DNA of 64,000 nt from a virus (lineage: Duplodnaviria; Caudoviricetes): IMG/VR virus record IMGVR_UViG_3300020045_001587, positions 1 through 64,000 of that record; one strand, 5' to 3'. This document shows positions 1-10,326 of the stretch, piece after piece (position 1 is the stretch's first letter; each line of letters begins with the position of its first letter). The notes under the pieces are model-generated. The model was given only the letters and a program-made list of their open reading frames with translations. It was not told the origin of the DNA and did no database searches. The translations under genes were made by a program, and so were the position numbers.

Positions 1-116
1 GAACATCTGCAAGTCGACATACAGACGCTACAACCACTTTGAATTTATTTTTATCCGAACATTTGAATGCCTTATCTCGTTCACTTCGTCCAGAAATATC
101 TGTATCAATGAATTCT

Positions 117-410
117 TCTGACAACACATTCCTAAGCAACATCCGTGCCAGATAGTGTATAGTTGCATAATAGCAACATGAATAAGCGCCATGCCAGTGT
201 GAGATGAGGTGCCTTAGCAGAGGCTCTACAACAGGCGCAGAGTGTGTTTGGCTAGGGAGCTATCAACAGCCCTGTGATGGCTGCTTACGCGACTGTTATG
301 CAAGGATAGGAGGGTGTTGCGAGGGAGATTAGGAGTGGCGCTTATTCATGTTGCTATTATGCAACTATACACTATCTGGCACGGATGTTGCTTAGGAATG
401 TGTTGTCAGA
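117..410. repeat. Perfect 75-bp inverted repeat (arms 117-191 and 336-410) with a 144-bp spacer
   Basis: The left arm TCTGACAACACATTCC...AATAAGCGCCA is the exact reverse complement of 336-410, checked base by base; the region is non-coding. Confidence 0.97.
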
Positions 411-448
411 GTGCTATCATATTCCCTGTATTGCTGTTGTGCAATAGC

Positions 449-466
449 TTGTGATGCACGTCACAA
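449..466. promoter_or_regulatory. CRP-family operator-like palindrome TTGTGA-TGCACG-TCACAA
   Basis: Matches the CRP core TGTGA-N6-TCACA exactly. Confidence 0.5.
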
Positions 467-845
467 TTTGTCCGATGAGGCCATAAGGCACGAAAGCATA
501 TTAAACGACAGCCATATGACTACAACAATCCCGCATAAACACTACGCTCTCATGTTAGTGACCACTTACACACATTAGTCACTGTAAAGCATCCTTGGCA
601 TAACACTGTTATTGCTACTATACAAAACGTATAGTGAGAGTGTACTTATTCGATTGCTGTACACATCGCTAGTAGACAGCCTTGTCAGAACAGGCCACAA
701 GCGCCCACTACATACTCCCGCTACGCTCCTATCAACCTGCCCTTACAACGCTGCTGTGGCCCTGTATAACACGTTTAAATAGCGTTCTCCAATGACAAAA
801 GCCAGCGTTAGCTAGCTCTATTGTGTTGATTGATATTGATTGTCA

Positions 846-1061
846 TCACTCCTTGTAAAACTGATCTGCCAGTGCTGCGCAGCGATCATGGAATAAGCTA
901 TAACCTGCTTCAGCGCACCAATCAAGATGCTGGCCTGCCTCCCTCCACCGACCCATACATACAGCCTTATGAGCCGCTTGAAGAATTGCTACAAGGTTGT
1001 CGGGTGCTTCAAATAACAGATCAAGAACCGTGTCTTGTTTCGTATCTTGTGCGTTTTTCAT
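846..1061 (-). CDS. Hypothetical protein (71 aa)
   Basis: ORF with an upstream GGAATG RBS-like sequence and the promoter at 1112-1140. Confidence 0.7.
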   Translation of the reverse strand: MKNAQDTKQDTVLDLLFEAPDNLVAILQAAHKAVCMGRWREAGQHLDWCAEAGYSLFHDRCAALADQFYKE

Positions 1062-1111
1062 ATCATTCCCCTATTCCGTTAAGCCTGCTTGTCAGGCCAT
1101 CCAATGAGTCT

Positions 1112-1140
1112 AGTATAGCAAAGCTATTCAGGCTTTGCAA
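1112..1140 (-). promoter_or_regulatory. sigma70-type promoter TTGCAA-17-TATACT
   Basis: Near-consensus hexamers with 17-nt spacer. Confidence 0.75.
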
Positions 1141-1519
1141 GGATTATTTACATCTCACCTCTAGCATAAGCCAGAAGCATATCAATAGCGTTCATGTAAT
1201 CAATATCACCAATCATGCCCTTGCTGTATAGGGCGTCAATCTCGTTACGGGCGTTAAGGTAATCAAACATTGTCATTCCCCTATTATGCGAATGGGTTCA
1301 TCTTCTCGCACATTGCCCGAAACTCTTTGCTGCTGACAGCATGCACATCGAGCATGACAGAGTTACCCTGATAGTCTCCTAGTACCCACTTCGCATTACC
1401 TTCTGCGCCGAAGTCTTTCTCAAGATAGAGGCCGTAGAATTCTGCGATTTGCTTGAACATGATGGTTTCCTTAGAGAATTTGTTTACCAGCTGGAGGGCT
1501 TTGTTCTGACCATGTAGAG

Positions 1520-1548
1520 ATACTACAGAGTCTTCTAAGGAAACGCAA
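1520..1548 (-). promoter_or_regulatory. sigma70-type promoter TTGCGT-17-TAGTAT
   Basis: Hexamers and spacing, intergenic. Confidence 0.6.
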
Positions 1549-1552
1549 GCGT

Positions 1553-2461
1553 TTATTGTGGAATACCTTTGAAGATATGTTCAATGACAGCTACAGTCCA
1601 TCCGTTGCCTAGAACAGCGCTTGCCTGATTATATGTTAGGCAGTTGGTGTATCCAACAGGAACTGTTTGCGCTTGCTCCAGTTCGGTGCGTGTCAAGTAC
1701 CGGCAGAAGTCTTCATACTCGACTAGCCCGCTATTCGGGCAACGGTCTTGCTTTGTAGAGACGCAATAGATTTTATCGTCATACGTCACATTAGGGCAAG
1801 ATGCTACAGAATTTCTACCTTGTCCTTCCGACCACATACGGATACGGCTTACTGTTTTGTTAAGTTTGTACTCTGACAAATCGCCCAGTTCCTTATAGTC
1901 CTGAAAGCTAATGTTCTGGTCTAGGATTGGTTCATATTTGATATTCGTCCAATAGTACCGTGCTCGGCGTTGATATGATACTAGTGAGGAATTGATTAAC
2001 TCCCCTTCAACACCAAGGTAATCGTCTAGCTGTTGCTTGCTTTCCTTCTTCATTTTGACATTCTCAAGCAGCCATAAAAGACTGGGATTTTCTGCTTCAA
2101 TTTCTTTCTTGATACGTAAGAATTCATAGAACAATTGCGACTTGTGGCCTAGGAGTCCTTTGGATTCTTCGCCGTTTTGCCCCATTGCCCGAAGACTAGA
2201 GAAATCTTGACATGGACTGCCGCCGCACAATAGGTCTATTCGGCCCACAGTATATGAGCCGTTCTCTGCATGAAGGATTCCTTCAGCATAGCTAACTTTA
2301 GTCACATCGCCGATATGGATAATGTCTTCCCAGTTGTGTTTAGATACCTTAATGGCATTCTTGTCCACCTCACTAGCATAATACGCTTTCGGCGTGATAC
2401 CGATGTTATCCAATGCAATGCGCCCACATGACATTCCGTCGAACAAACTTAATACTTTCAT
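1553..2461 (-). CDS. DNA (cytosine-5) methyltransferase
   Basis: Motif I SLFDG, catalytic GGSPCQ (IV), ENV (VI), QRRAR (VIII), LGNGW (X). Confidence 0.95.
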   Translation of the reverse strand: MKVLSLFDGMSCGRIALDNIGITPKAYYASEVDKNAIKVSKHNWEDIIHIGDVTKVSYAEGILHAENGSYTVGRIDLLCGGSPCQDFSSLRAMGQNGEESKGLLGHKSQLFYEFLRIKKEIEAENPSLLWLLENVKMKKESKQQLDDYLGVEGELINSSLVSYQRRARYYWTNIKYEPILDQNISFQDYKELGDLSEYKLNKTVSRIRMWSEGQGRNSVASCPNVTYDDKIYCVSTKQDRCPNSGLVEYEDFCRYLTRTELEQAQTVPVGYTNCLTYNQASAVLGNGWTVAVIEHIFKGIPQ

Positions 2462-2701
2462 AATTTCCCTTGTTAGTATGTTGCCATTTTATAGATTATT
2501 GCATCTGCCGTTTCTTCTACCGTAATACCTTTGTTAAAGCAGGCTACCAACGTAGCATACTCTAATTCCACAAGAAAGCCCATAGTGCGCTCTGCTTCTA
2601 AGATGGCGGCTACAGCGTTTTTGAAGGCTTGGTTCATGTTCTTAGCTCCTTGTGTGTTTGTGTTTCAATCGTTTGATGCTTCCGCATCTCCTATAAGTTC
2701 T

Positions 2702-2729
2702 ATTCTACACGCTCTATAAAATTATGCAA
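2702..2729 (-). promoter_or_regulatory. sigma70-type promoter TTGCAT-16-TAGAAT
   Basis: Hexamers, intergenic. Confidence 0.55.
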
Positions 2730-3250
2730 GTAATTTATCATTGTAATTTCCTATCACCACAATAGAAAATCCCTATTAGACATTATGAGCAACAGGCCCT
2801 CACACTGTATGGTCTACCTTCGGTCGCCTGGCTTGACGCCCCGTTATTATTCCTATGAATAATGCTGCCCTGTGCTTACGAGACGCACAGCCCGATCCAC
2901 AATGGTACTTACAAGGACAGTTTCCCTTGCTTGAGCGCCAAAGTAGCTCAAAAACTGAAACATTGACATGGATTATCCTAATTCTATTTAGGCGCTTTTC
3001 AGCCCTATAGGAACGTAAATTTTCGGGCATGTTCCTATGAATTTTGCAAATGGAATTGTTCTGTAATTCCAAGCGCATTATTGTGTCAGCCTGTATTGCC
3101 ATTTACAAATGCTGTTATACATACAATCTTGCGGAATGTCGCCGGAATGATTTTGTTTTCGCTCTACTATTTTGTTCCATACCAATACGTCATTAATGCA
3201 CACAGGAAACCAAGCCTTCCATGTGTGCCATTCGTATTCGTCAACGTGCT

Positions 3251-3700
3251 TCATTCTGTCGGCCCTTTAGGAAGTTCTCGCCAGTGTGTAACATCATTAT
3301 TGAAACACGTATAATCCCGCGAAGACCACCACTTACCGTCTGCAAAGTAGGCCATCATAATAGCTGGATCATTCTCACAAACAACTAGATAGTCTGTTAG
3401 ATGGGAATCTGGCAAAGCATCAACAACACTGTGCCATTTATTCTTAGCATAAGAAGGCTGGCTATGCTTGAGAATGAAGGCTTCTGTGTCTTTCTCTTTA
3501 CTAGCTTCTTGTTCAAAGAACTCTAAACTCTTACCGTGGCAAATATAACCATCGTCGTTAGCGTATAAAAACGGCTTTTCAGTGTATTGTACATTATTGC
3601 CAGCACTCCATTGATAACACATCTCCCGCAACACCTCCTGAAGACGCTCACTCTGTTCTGGCGAGCTAATTTTAAACTTCAGAGACTTAAATTGTTCCAT
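3251..3700 (-). CDS. Phage protein with C-terminal DUF551-like domain
   Basis: C-terminus WHSV..ALP...VTHWRELPKGP is typical of DUF551. Confidence 0.7.
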   Translation of the reverse strand: MEQFKSLKFKISSPEQSERLQEVLREMCYQWSAGNNVQYTEKPFLYANDDGYICHGKSLEFFEQEASKEKDTEAFILKHSQPSYAKNKWHSVVDALPDSHLTDYLVVCENDPAIMMAYFADGKWWSSRDYTCFNNDVTHWRELPKGPTE

Positions 3701-3733
3701 ATCATTCCTTCCGTGCGTTGTTTGTATGTGTCT

Positions 3734-3762
3734 ATATTAGGGCATTGTGTTGGGGCTGTCAA
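3734..3762 (-). promoter_or_regulatory. sigma70-type promoter TTGACA-17-TAATAT
   Basis: Consensus -35 and 17-nt spacer. Confidence 0.8.
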
Positions 3763-4878
3763 GCCTTGATTTCAACAATCCGCATAACAACATCCTCACC
3801 ATATGTAGCACTAGACCGGAAGGAAAGAGGTACATCAACCGTCATCTGTGGTGCTACTTGCCTAGCCCTGTCAATTGTTACATTATGGCACCACAAATAG
3901 GCATACACTTCGGCTTCTCGCATTGTGTCAAATGTGCAACAAGCCCATTGTTTCTTATTTGTGTGAATGGAAGCATCCTTCCAGACGTTATTAGCCTTGT
4001 CCGAACATTCTTGCACTTTGAACATTATTTCTCCCATTGCCATTCTGTACGAATAACAGCATCCGCACTAAAACTAACCCTCACGGGTTGCGCCACCCGA
4101 GCATAGTTTAAAGCTAGGTCATTCTCTATGCGTGCTGGCTGTGTTATTGTAAATAATACATTTGTTGTCATCTCACATCCGAACTCTTTTAGTAGCTCGG
4201 TAAGACGCTGTTCAAATTTTATTGTGTTCACAGCAACGCCTCCCCAACAGCTTCCAATGCTTGTTTGTAGCGTAGGGCATAATATTCTATGCTGTATGTT
4301 GTAGGGTGGGTCATGTCATTCCTCTGTTCATCTGTCGAGCAATATTATCAGCACTCACTGTCATAAGCGTCTCTGAGCATTCATCACAGCCAAGAAAGAA
4401 TAAGCATTCAACGTCATTTGTACTAAGCCTATTATGCTGCACCTCAGACCGATTGACAATAGAGGTTTGCCATGTAAGATGAGTGCTACCACAGTTTTTA
4501 CATTCTGTTGGCTGTTTCATTTTAGTCTTTCGTTATCGCAAAACGTATTTATATCAGTTTGTTGGGCTGGCGTCAAGTAAAATGTGAAAATAGTTTTGAA
4601 TGCTTCAATCAATCCGCTGTCTTCCTCGTAGACTCCTGAGACTATTTTCTTATAATCGCTCATCAGGGCATTCACTACAATATTGTTTTCTTCGTCGTAT
4701 GTCATTATAGCTCCACAGTATATCCAACGTTAATCAATTTATTGTCGGTCGGGTGCTGTATGTAGACATTGGCCTTACACTCTTTACCGTCAACAAGGCA
4801 CCTAGTTTTAACCATGTCCCGCCCCAAGTCGTCCAGTTCTGCGGGGTCTTGTAATAGCTCTATAACTTCATATTTCAT
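3759..4878 (-). other. Cluster of small hypothetical genes (3759-4043, 4025-4231, 4311-4520 Zn-ribbon-like, 4517-4705, 4705-4878)
   Basis: Abutting or overlapping leftward ORFs with RBS; CxxC...CxxC in 4311-4520. Confidence 0.7.
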
Positions 4879-4887
4879 ATAAATCCT

Positions 4888-6180
4888 TTATTTAGAACAA
4901 TCCACCACTTGTGGGGCGTCATCTTCAAGCCAATTCATTTTCATGCTTACCACTCGGTCAACCTCAATGACGCGCTTGTATGCGTAAGACATAGCAGACA
5001 CAAGAAAATCGGAATTCTTACGTTGCACAATAAAGCTGTCATGCACCACAAGCACAGGCTGTTGAATCTTTACAAACTCGTCCAGAACATAATGCGCGAT
5101 CCAGCTATCCTTGTTCTGTAGAATTAGCCCGGTGCATTCCTTGTTACAGAATTTACTTTTGAACTCTGGTAGCTTTTTGTATATATCCTTTACTACGTCA
5201 TTGCCTCTAGAATAACAGTATGTTCCTTTGGGTTCCTCGTCAATCAGATCGCTAATTGCTTGCTTAGCCTTGTACTCAGATGTAGCGTTAAGCATGATAT
5301 TTATGCCTAGCTTTACAAGCCGCCGATTATTTGTGCTATAGTTTTGCTTGTCTAGCACATGATAATAAATGTCAACACCACGATATGCAGTAATTCCCAT
5401 TATATCAGATAGCATATTTATGTGCAAGCAATCAAAATCAATTTCAACTATTGATTCTCCGTCAATTGTTGTTCGTAGTCTGTTGTTAGTTTTCTTATTC
5501 TTTATCTTTAGAATGGCAGCCTTAAACCACCGACCACCAAAGAAGAAAGATTCATTATTGAATATCCTACCGTACATATTGACCATGTAGTCGCCATTAT
5601 AGTCTAGGAACTCATGCTTAAAGTTCATCAAGTTAACAGCGCTCACTACTCGTTCGGCTTCCAGAATGCTGTCATTGAATTCAAACGAAACCTTGTTCTT
5701 CTTCTTGTCCCTTAACTCAATACTGGCATTAGCGAGAACATGGCTTATCTCGGCATTAGTAATCAAGTCATCTTTCTTTGTACAGAACTTATTAATGAAT
5801 AATTCTGTAGGTACAACATAAGAGGACTGCTTAGTGTCAATGCTGCCATACTGCCTACTAGCAGGATAATCAAACAGATAACCTAGTTGCTCTAGTTCTT
5901 CCACAGCATTAGTGATCGAGTGATTAGATAAATCTCTTTTATTATAGATGGTCGGTAGCTTGGCTGTCTTAGCTCTAAGATAATACAATCTCTGTCTCCT
6001 AGCAACACAAGCAATCATATTCATGATCACAACATGCAAGGCACTACGATTCTTAGTCTTCCATCTTTCTGTTGTCTTACGTACTCTCTTATCTATATCT
6101 ATATTCAACATCATACGCTTACTGTTGCTTGTGTATGCTTGTGTGCTTAGGGTTATTCCTTCTTCTGTTACTCGTATCAT
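4888..6180 (-). CDS. Compact T7-RNAP/PolA-superfamily polymerase-like protein (430 aa)
   Basis: GGRWF, motif A-like VEIDFDCLH, motif B-like RRLVK, motif C VHDSFIV (T7 RNAP has IHDSF). Confidence 0.7.
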   Translation of the reverse strand: MIRVTEEGITLSTQAYTSNSKRMMLNIDIDKRVRKTTERWKTKNRSALHVVIMNMIACVARRQRLYYLRAKTAKLPTIYNKRDLSNHSITNAVEELEQLGYLFDYPASRQYGSIDTKQSSYVVPTELFINKFCTKKDDLITNAEISHVLANASIELRDKKKNKVSFEFNDSILEAERVVSAVNLMNFKHEFLDYNGDYMVNMYGRIFNNESFFFGGRWFKAAILKIKNKKTNNRLRTTIDGESIVEIDFDCLHINMLSDIMGITAYRGVDIYYHVLDKQNYSTNNRRLVKLGINIMLNATSEYKAKQAISDLIDEEPKGTYCYSRGNDVVKDIYKKLPEFKSKFCNKECTGLILQNKDSWIAHYVLDEFVKIQQPVLVVHDSFIVQRKNSDFLVSAMSYAYKRVIEVDRVVSMKMNWLEDDAPQVVDCSK

Positions 6181-6320
6181 CTAATCCTCTATAACTTAGT
6201 ATTCCTCCACAGTCAGGCGGGCCTACTCATTAAGGCAAGAAAAACATACACAAATACCCGAAAAGTGAGTATCCATGCGGGTTCTGAGACATTTCATGTT
6301 AGGTTATGCCCGCCTTCACA
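6181..6320 (-). ncRNA. Putative structured 5' leader / ncRNA upstream of the polymerase-like gene
   Basis: Closing stem AGGCGGGC/GCCCGCCU (6308-6315/6215-6222), inner ACCCG/CGGGU stem, possible UACUCA/UGAGUA pseudoknot; starts right after a consensus promoter. Confidence 0.5.
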
Positions 6321-6324
6321 CTCA

Positions 6325-6352
6325 ATTATACAGCAAATTTGTACCCTGTCAA
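6325..6352 (-). promoter_or_regulatory. Consensus promoter TTGACA-16-TATAAT
   Basis: Perfect hexamers upstream of the leader and polymerase-like gene. Confidence 0.85.
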
Positions 6353-6361
6353 TTGGTAGTA

Positions 6362-8169
6362 TTACGTAGACAAAGTAACAACATTAGCCTCCCACCAATC
6401 CACACAATATTGACAACTACCGGACATCTGTACAACACCTCCCGACAACGTGCTAATCTTATGCACCTTACCAATACGTGTCATCTTGTACATGTCGCAT
6501 TGCTTCACCATAACTTCTTTCTCGGCTGGCTTTACATTGCCGACAGCCATTCGTGGAATTCCTACATGCTGGAATACTTGGCCGTTCTTTGATTGTGTTT
6601 TAGTGTTATTGTACATATCAACGCTCCAACGTAACAGACCCATGAAATTGCTTAAACCCTTCCTTAGCCCAATCATCCTCATTGCAGCCTATACGGGGTT
6701 CGAGAGCATGACTTATAACAGTGCCCCAGAAATACTCACAACATGAGCCTGTAACAATTAAAATAAGACTTGCATCATACTTGCACACAACAATATTTCC
6801 AACATAAAAGATGTTGTCGCTATCATCAGATGATTGTACCACAGTAGATTTAAATTTGTTCATTTGTATTTATCCTTAAAATTGATTACAGCCCCTTAGA
6901 GCCACTCTTACTATCTTCCTACACTTACCCTTGCCAAGCTCTACAAACGTCGCTATTAGCCGTTAAAGGGCATTGCTGTGGATGTCATTACACCAACCTA
7001 GACAATGCGTCTCTAGCATCAGTCAAGTTATCATATGCTTCTGTACAATCTTCTTTCAATTGCTCTAATTCATCAATAAACTCATCCAGCTTGTCACGAT
7101 CAGACGCTACTTTAGCCATATGCTTGTCAATATTCTTGACAATACTCTCAATCTTACTTTTGGTAAGCATATCATTCCTCCAAACAATCAATAGTTAATT
7201 GTGCAATATAAGCTGCATACGTTCCCGGACATTTTAGCACAATTTCTTTGAGATTGCTTAGGACAAGTGTTAGTTGTTTATCTGTCATTACAACACCTTT
7301 AATTGTGACATCAATTCAGCAATTCTTTTATTATATTCTTTTGCAGTGATTTTGCCAGAATTAAATAATGTACCAAGGTGGTAACGTGATTGGATAAACT
7401 CTTGTTCGGTCATTGTACACCTTTTAAACGTTGTTTGTACCTATATTTATCAAGATATTCCCCTTCATAAATACATCCCTCTACAAAGTAGCTGTATCCG
7501 CTCCATTTATTTTGAATACAATACGCTTCTGCATCCTCAAGCGTTTTGAATTCTTTTTCTTCACTCCCGCAGTAAGAGTTATAATCCCTGTCTACTTCGC
7601 CAATGAAAAATCTCATTACGTATTCTCCTAATTTATACAAAGTTATTCTTTAGTTCTTGAGCAATACCAGCCAGCATAAAACCTTGCCCAAAACAATATT
7701 TGTACAATAGTAAATATATGCCAATTCATATTATTCTTCTTCAATCAACTCATTTTCAACACAGCAAGTTATCCAAGCGTCCTGCTCACACTCATACCGA
7801 CCTGTACCTTTTTCATCACCCTCTGTCCAATAGTGATAAAATCCATAAGGTAGGCGCCTATTTGGAAAACTAGCGTAAGTAGACTCTACTCTATAGCCTG
7901 CCATGCGTGCAATAGCTTTATGTGTCAATTTCATATCATTTCTCCTCAATATCCAAAACACAGGCTTCACAGAACGAATGCATTCCAAGCCCTGTATGTT
8001 CGCCAAACACTTTGATAATTTCCCATATTTGCATTTTAACAATGTCTCCTTCCTTCGTGTGGTATGTCATGCGAAATTGCTTAGGAATGCTATTATACCT
8101 GTTATTGTAAATCTCTGCGCCATGTGCTGTCAATGTGAAATAGGCGTAATTGTTAATGTTTATTTTCAT
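6362..8169 (-). other. Cluster of small hypothetical genes (e.g. 6618-6863, 6988-7191, 7410-7640, 7936-8169)
   Basis: Co-oriented short ORFs with RBS-like sequences. Confidence 0.65.
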
Positions 8170-8807
8170 TTGTTCAGCCCTTGCAAATAAGCATTAATAT
8201 AACTTTCAATAGTATCCTCCGATCCGTCTGCATCATCCCAATCATATTTAGTCATTTCTTTCATAAGATTTTTAACCGCGATAATAGGAATAACGTCACC
8301 GCCAGCAATAGAGTGCTCAACGGCTTTGTTGGCTAGATTGCGTGCGGCTGTTGATGACCAAGTGAATTTATCCTCTGGAGCCTCATCTACAGCAAATTTA
8401 TAATAGTGTGTTTCTAATTCCCCATAAGATAATTTCGTCTCAATAACAGGTGCTTTGCTGGGCCATTTGCACCCAGTTAAGTGTAACCAGTCAGGGTTGG
8501 ATACAGAAACAGTAAACTCATGTCCTTGATCGTCTAAGAGTCTGTCATTAGTGAACACTGGCTTGCCTTCGCAATAACCAAGAGGGGCTAGGAACAAATC
8601 GTAACAGGTATTTTCTCTCTCCGTGTAGTGTCCTTTACTATCCAGTGGAAACACTTGTCCATCAATTGCGACCACTACTTGATAGAGCGGCTCATTCTCT
8701 GGCACATAAGCAATAAACTTAGCTTCCCGTCCTGCTCGCGTACAAATAGGGTGCTTTGCTTGTGCCAATGCTAAGTCAAACTCACGCATATTTTCTGGAA
8801 TGTTCAT
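8166..8807 (-). CDS. Hypothetical phage protein (213 aa)
   Basis: Long ORF overlapping its neighbour by 4 nt; FDLALAQAKHPICTRAGR resembles a recurrent phage module. Confidence 0.8.
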   Translation of the reverse strand: MNIPENMREFDLALAQAKHPICTRAGREAKFIAYVPENEPLYQVVVAIDGQVFPLDSKGHYTERENTCYDLFLAPLGYCEGKPVFTNDRLLDDQGHEFTVSVSNPDWLHLTGCKWPSKAPVIETKLSYGELETHYYKFAVDEAPEDKFTWSSTAARNLANKAVEHSIAGGDVIPIIAVKNLMKEMTKYDWDDADGSEDTIESYINAYLQGLNK

Positions 8808-9280
8808 TTTACAATACCTTTAAGAAATTCTAACAGTTCTGCCGGATTGATTACGTCAATATAGTCTTCGTAAAATCCTGCTGCATTGTCCCAATCAATG
8901 CTAGGCTTTAGCACGGACACCTTTGTAGTTGCATATTCTATTGCAGCCATTAATTGTAGTATAGTAATGTTCATAATTAGCCCACTTTCTTTACGGAAAT
9001 AATTTTAATATTTGTACTGTCATAGTCTGCATCTTCAGGATACATTTGTCCAAGCTGTACAGCCGCATCTAATTCTGTCTCGGCTGGAATTTGATATTTT
9101 CGCTCTTTCGTCACGCCAACTTTAGTTTTTGTGTAAGTAAATTCATACAGGTTCATTATACAACCTCCACTTTATGTAATTGCCTCTTGCCACATTTAAG
9201 GCAAGTACGCTCCTGCCAAAGCCATCTAGTATTACTAAACTCTACATCTTTCCACACGCTCCATTTATGCCAGCAGAGCA

Positions 9281-9673
9281 TTATTTCTCCTTCATTGTAG
9301 ACAAACGCTCATTAATTCGAGCAAGGTTGATTTCTATGGCTTCGGCTGTAGGCGTATAATCTTTCCAGTATGCCGCTGGTATCTTGTCCTGCCATTCTTC
9401 CCGCAAGCTGCTAGTGTAGCTTGGTTTGTACCCTCTGCGGATCATTTCTGCGGTTAGTTGCGCGTGTCGATCTGCAATATAGCCTAGCTTGTCGTAAAAG
9501 AAAATTACATGAGACGTGCTCAATTTATAGGCAGATGGCTGTTTGTGCGTCCAAGGCTTTGATGATTGCGACGCCTTGTAAGCTAGAGGGAGGATTCTAG
9601 GAATCTCACGCCACTCCGCGATTAAGTGAGCACGATGTAGAGATTCTACAGGAACAACGTTCACTCGCGTCAT
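9281..9673 (-). CDS. denV: Pyrimidine-dimer DNA glycosylase / endonuclease V
   Basis: MTRVNVV (catalytic Thr2), HLIAEWREIPR (Glu23/Arg26 equivalents), HVIFFYDKL, EMIRRGYKP as in T4 DenV. Confidence 0.93.
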   Translation of the reverse strand: MTRVNVVPVESLHRAHLIAEWREIPRILPLAYKASQSSKPWTHKQPSAYKLSTSHVIFFYDKLGYIADRHAQLTAEMIRRGYKPSYTSSLREEWQDKIPAAYWKDYTPTAEAIEINLARINERLSTMKEK

Positions 9674-9873
9674 AATTAGTCTTCCTTGATCTGTGCAGCA
9701 ATACGTACAGCAATCTTTGCAAGCCGTTCAGCCATCATCATTTCGCGGACGCTCAGAATCTTACCTTCTTCGATAGCGTCTTCCAAGTCTTGCATTGCAC
9801 GGTAGATTTCTTCAAATGTGTTCATAACAATTCTCCTAATATTTGCCGTCGCTCATGCTTCAGCCATGTAGCT

Positions 9874-9902
9874 ATAATACTGCACAATATAGACAATTGC
9901 AA
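9874..9902 (-). promoter_or_regulatory. sigma70-type promoter TTGCAA-17-TATTAT
   Basis: Hexamers and spacing. Confidence 0.75.
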
Positions 9903-9937
9903 GCGTTATTTTATGTATCCTTGCATGTAGCCTAGAA

Positions 9938-9960
9938 ACAACAAAAGCCCCGAAGGGCTT
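9938..9960 (-). terminator. Intrinsic terminator
   Basis: AAGCCC-TTCG-GGGCTT followed by TTGTT on the minus strand. Confidence 0.85.
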
Positions 9961-9963
9961 CTA

Positions 9964-10326
9964 TTATACATTCTTCAGCTTGTTCACTACAGCCTGACAC
10001 ACCGAGAAACGCACGGCAGATAGCTTGTCTGGAAAATCTTTATACCAAATAATTGCATCAGTGTTAGCTACAACAACACCAGCCGAACCTATCATAGGAG
10101 ACATAGCATATTCAACAGCCAATTCAAAGCACTCCTTGCTATCTTGTGTCCAGCGTGGGATTTCCATAGCAGGCCCGCAAGGCCAATTCGGAGAAATACC
10201 CTCTACATAGGAGTTCTTATAACTAACCCCTTCGGCAAATTGAGTCGGGCGGCTAAAGATGTGCTTCCAGCCCAACAATTTCGCCAATTCCTTATCCAGC
10301 GCAAGACAATCGTTTTCGTATGTCAT
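9964..10326 (-). CDS. NinX/ABA-sandwich-like phage protein
   Basis: LDKELAKLLGW...PRWTQD...AVRFSVCQAVV pattern. Confidence 0.55.
   Translation of the reverse strand: MTYENDCLALDKELAKLLGWKHIFSRPTQFAEGVSYKNSYVEGISPNWPCGPAMEIPRWTQDSKECFELAVEYAMSPMIGSAGVVVANTDAIIWYKDFPDKLSAVRFSVCQAVVNKLKNV

Noticed and set aside
4888-6352. Retron or other reverse-transcriptase system
   Set aside because: The protein lacks the YxDD and NAxxH/VTG motifs; its motif C is HDSF.
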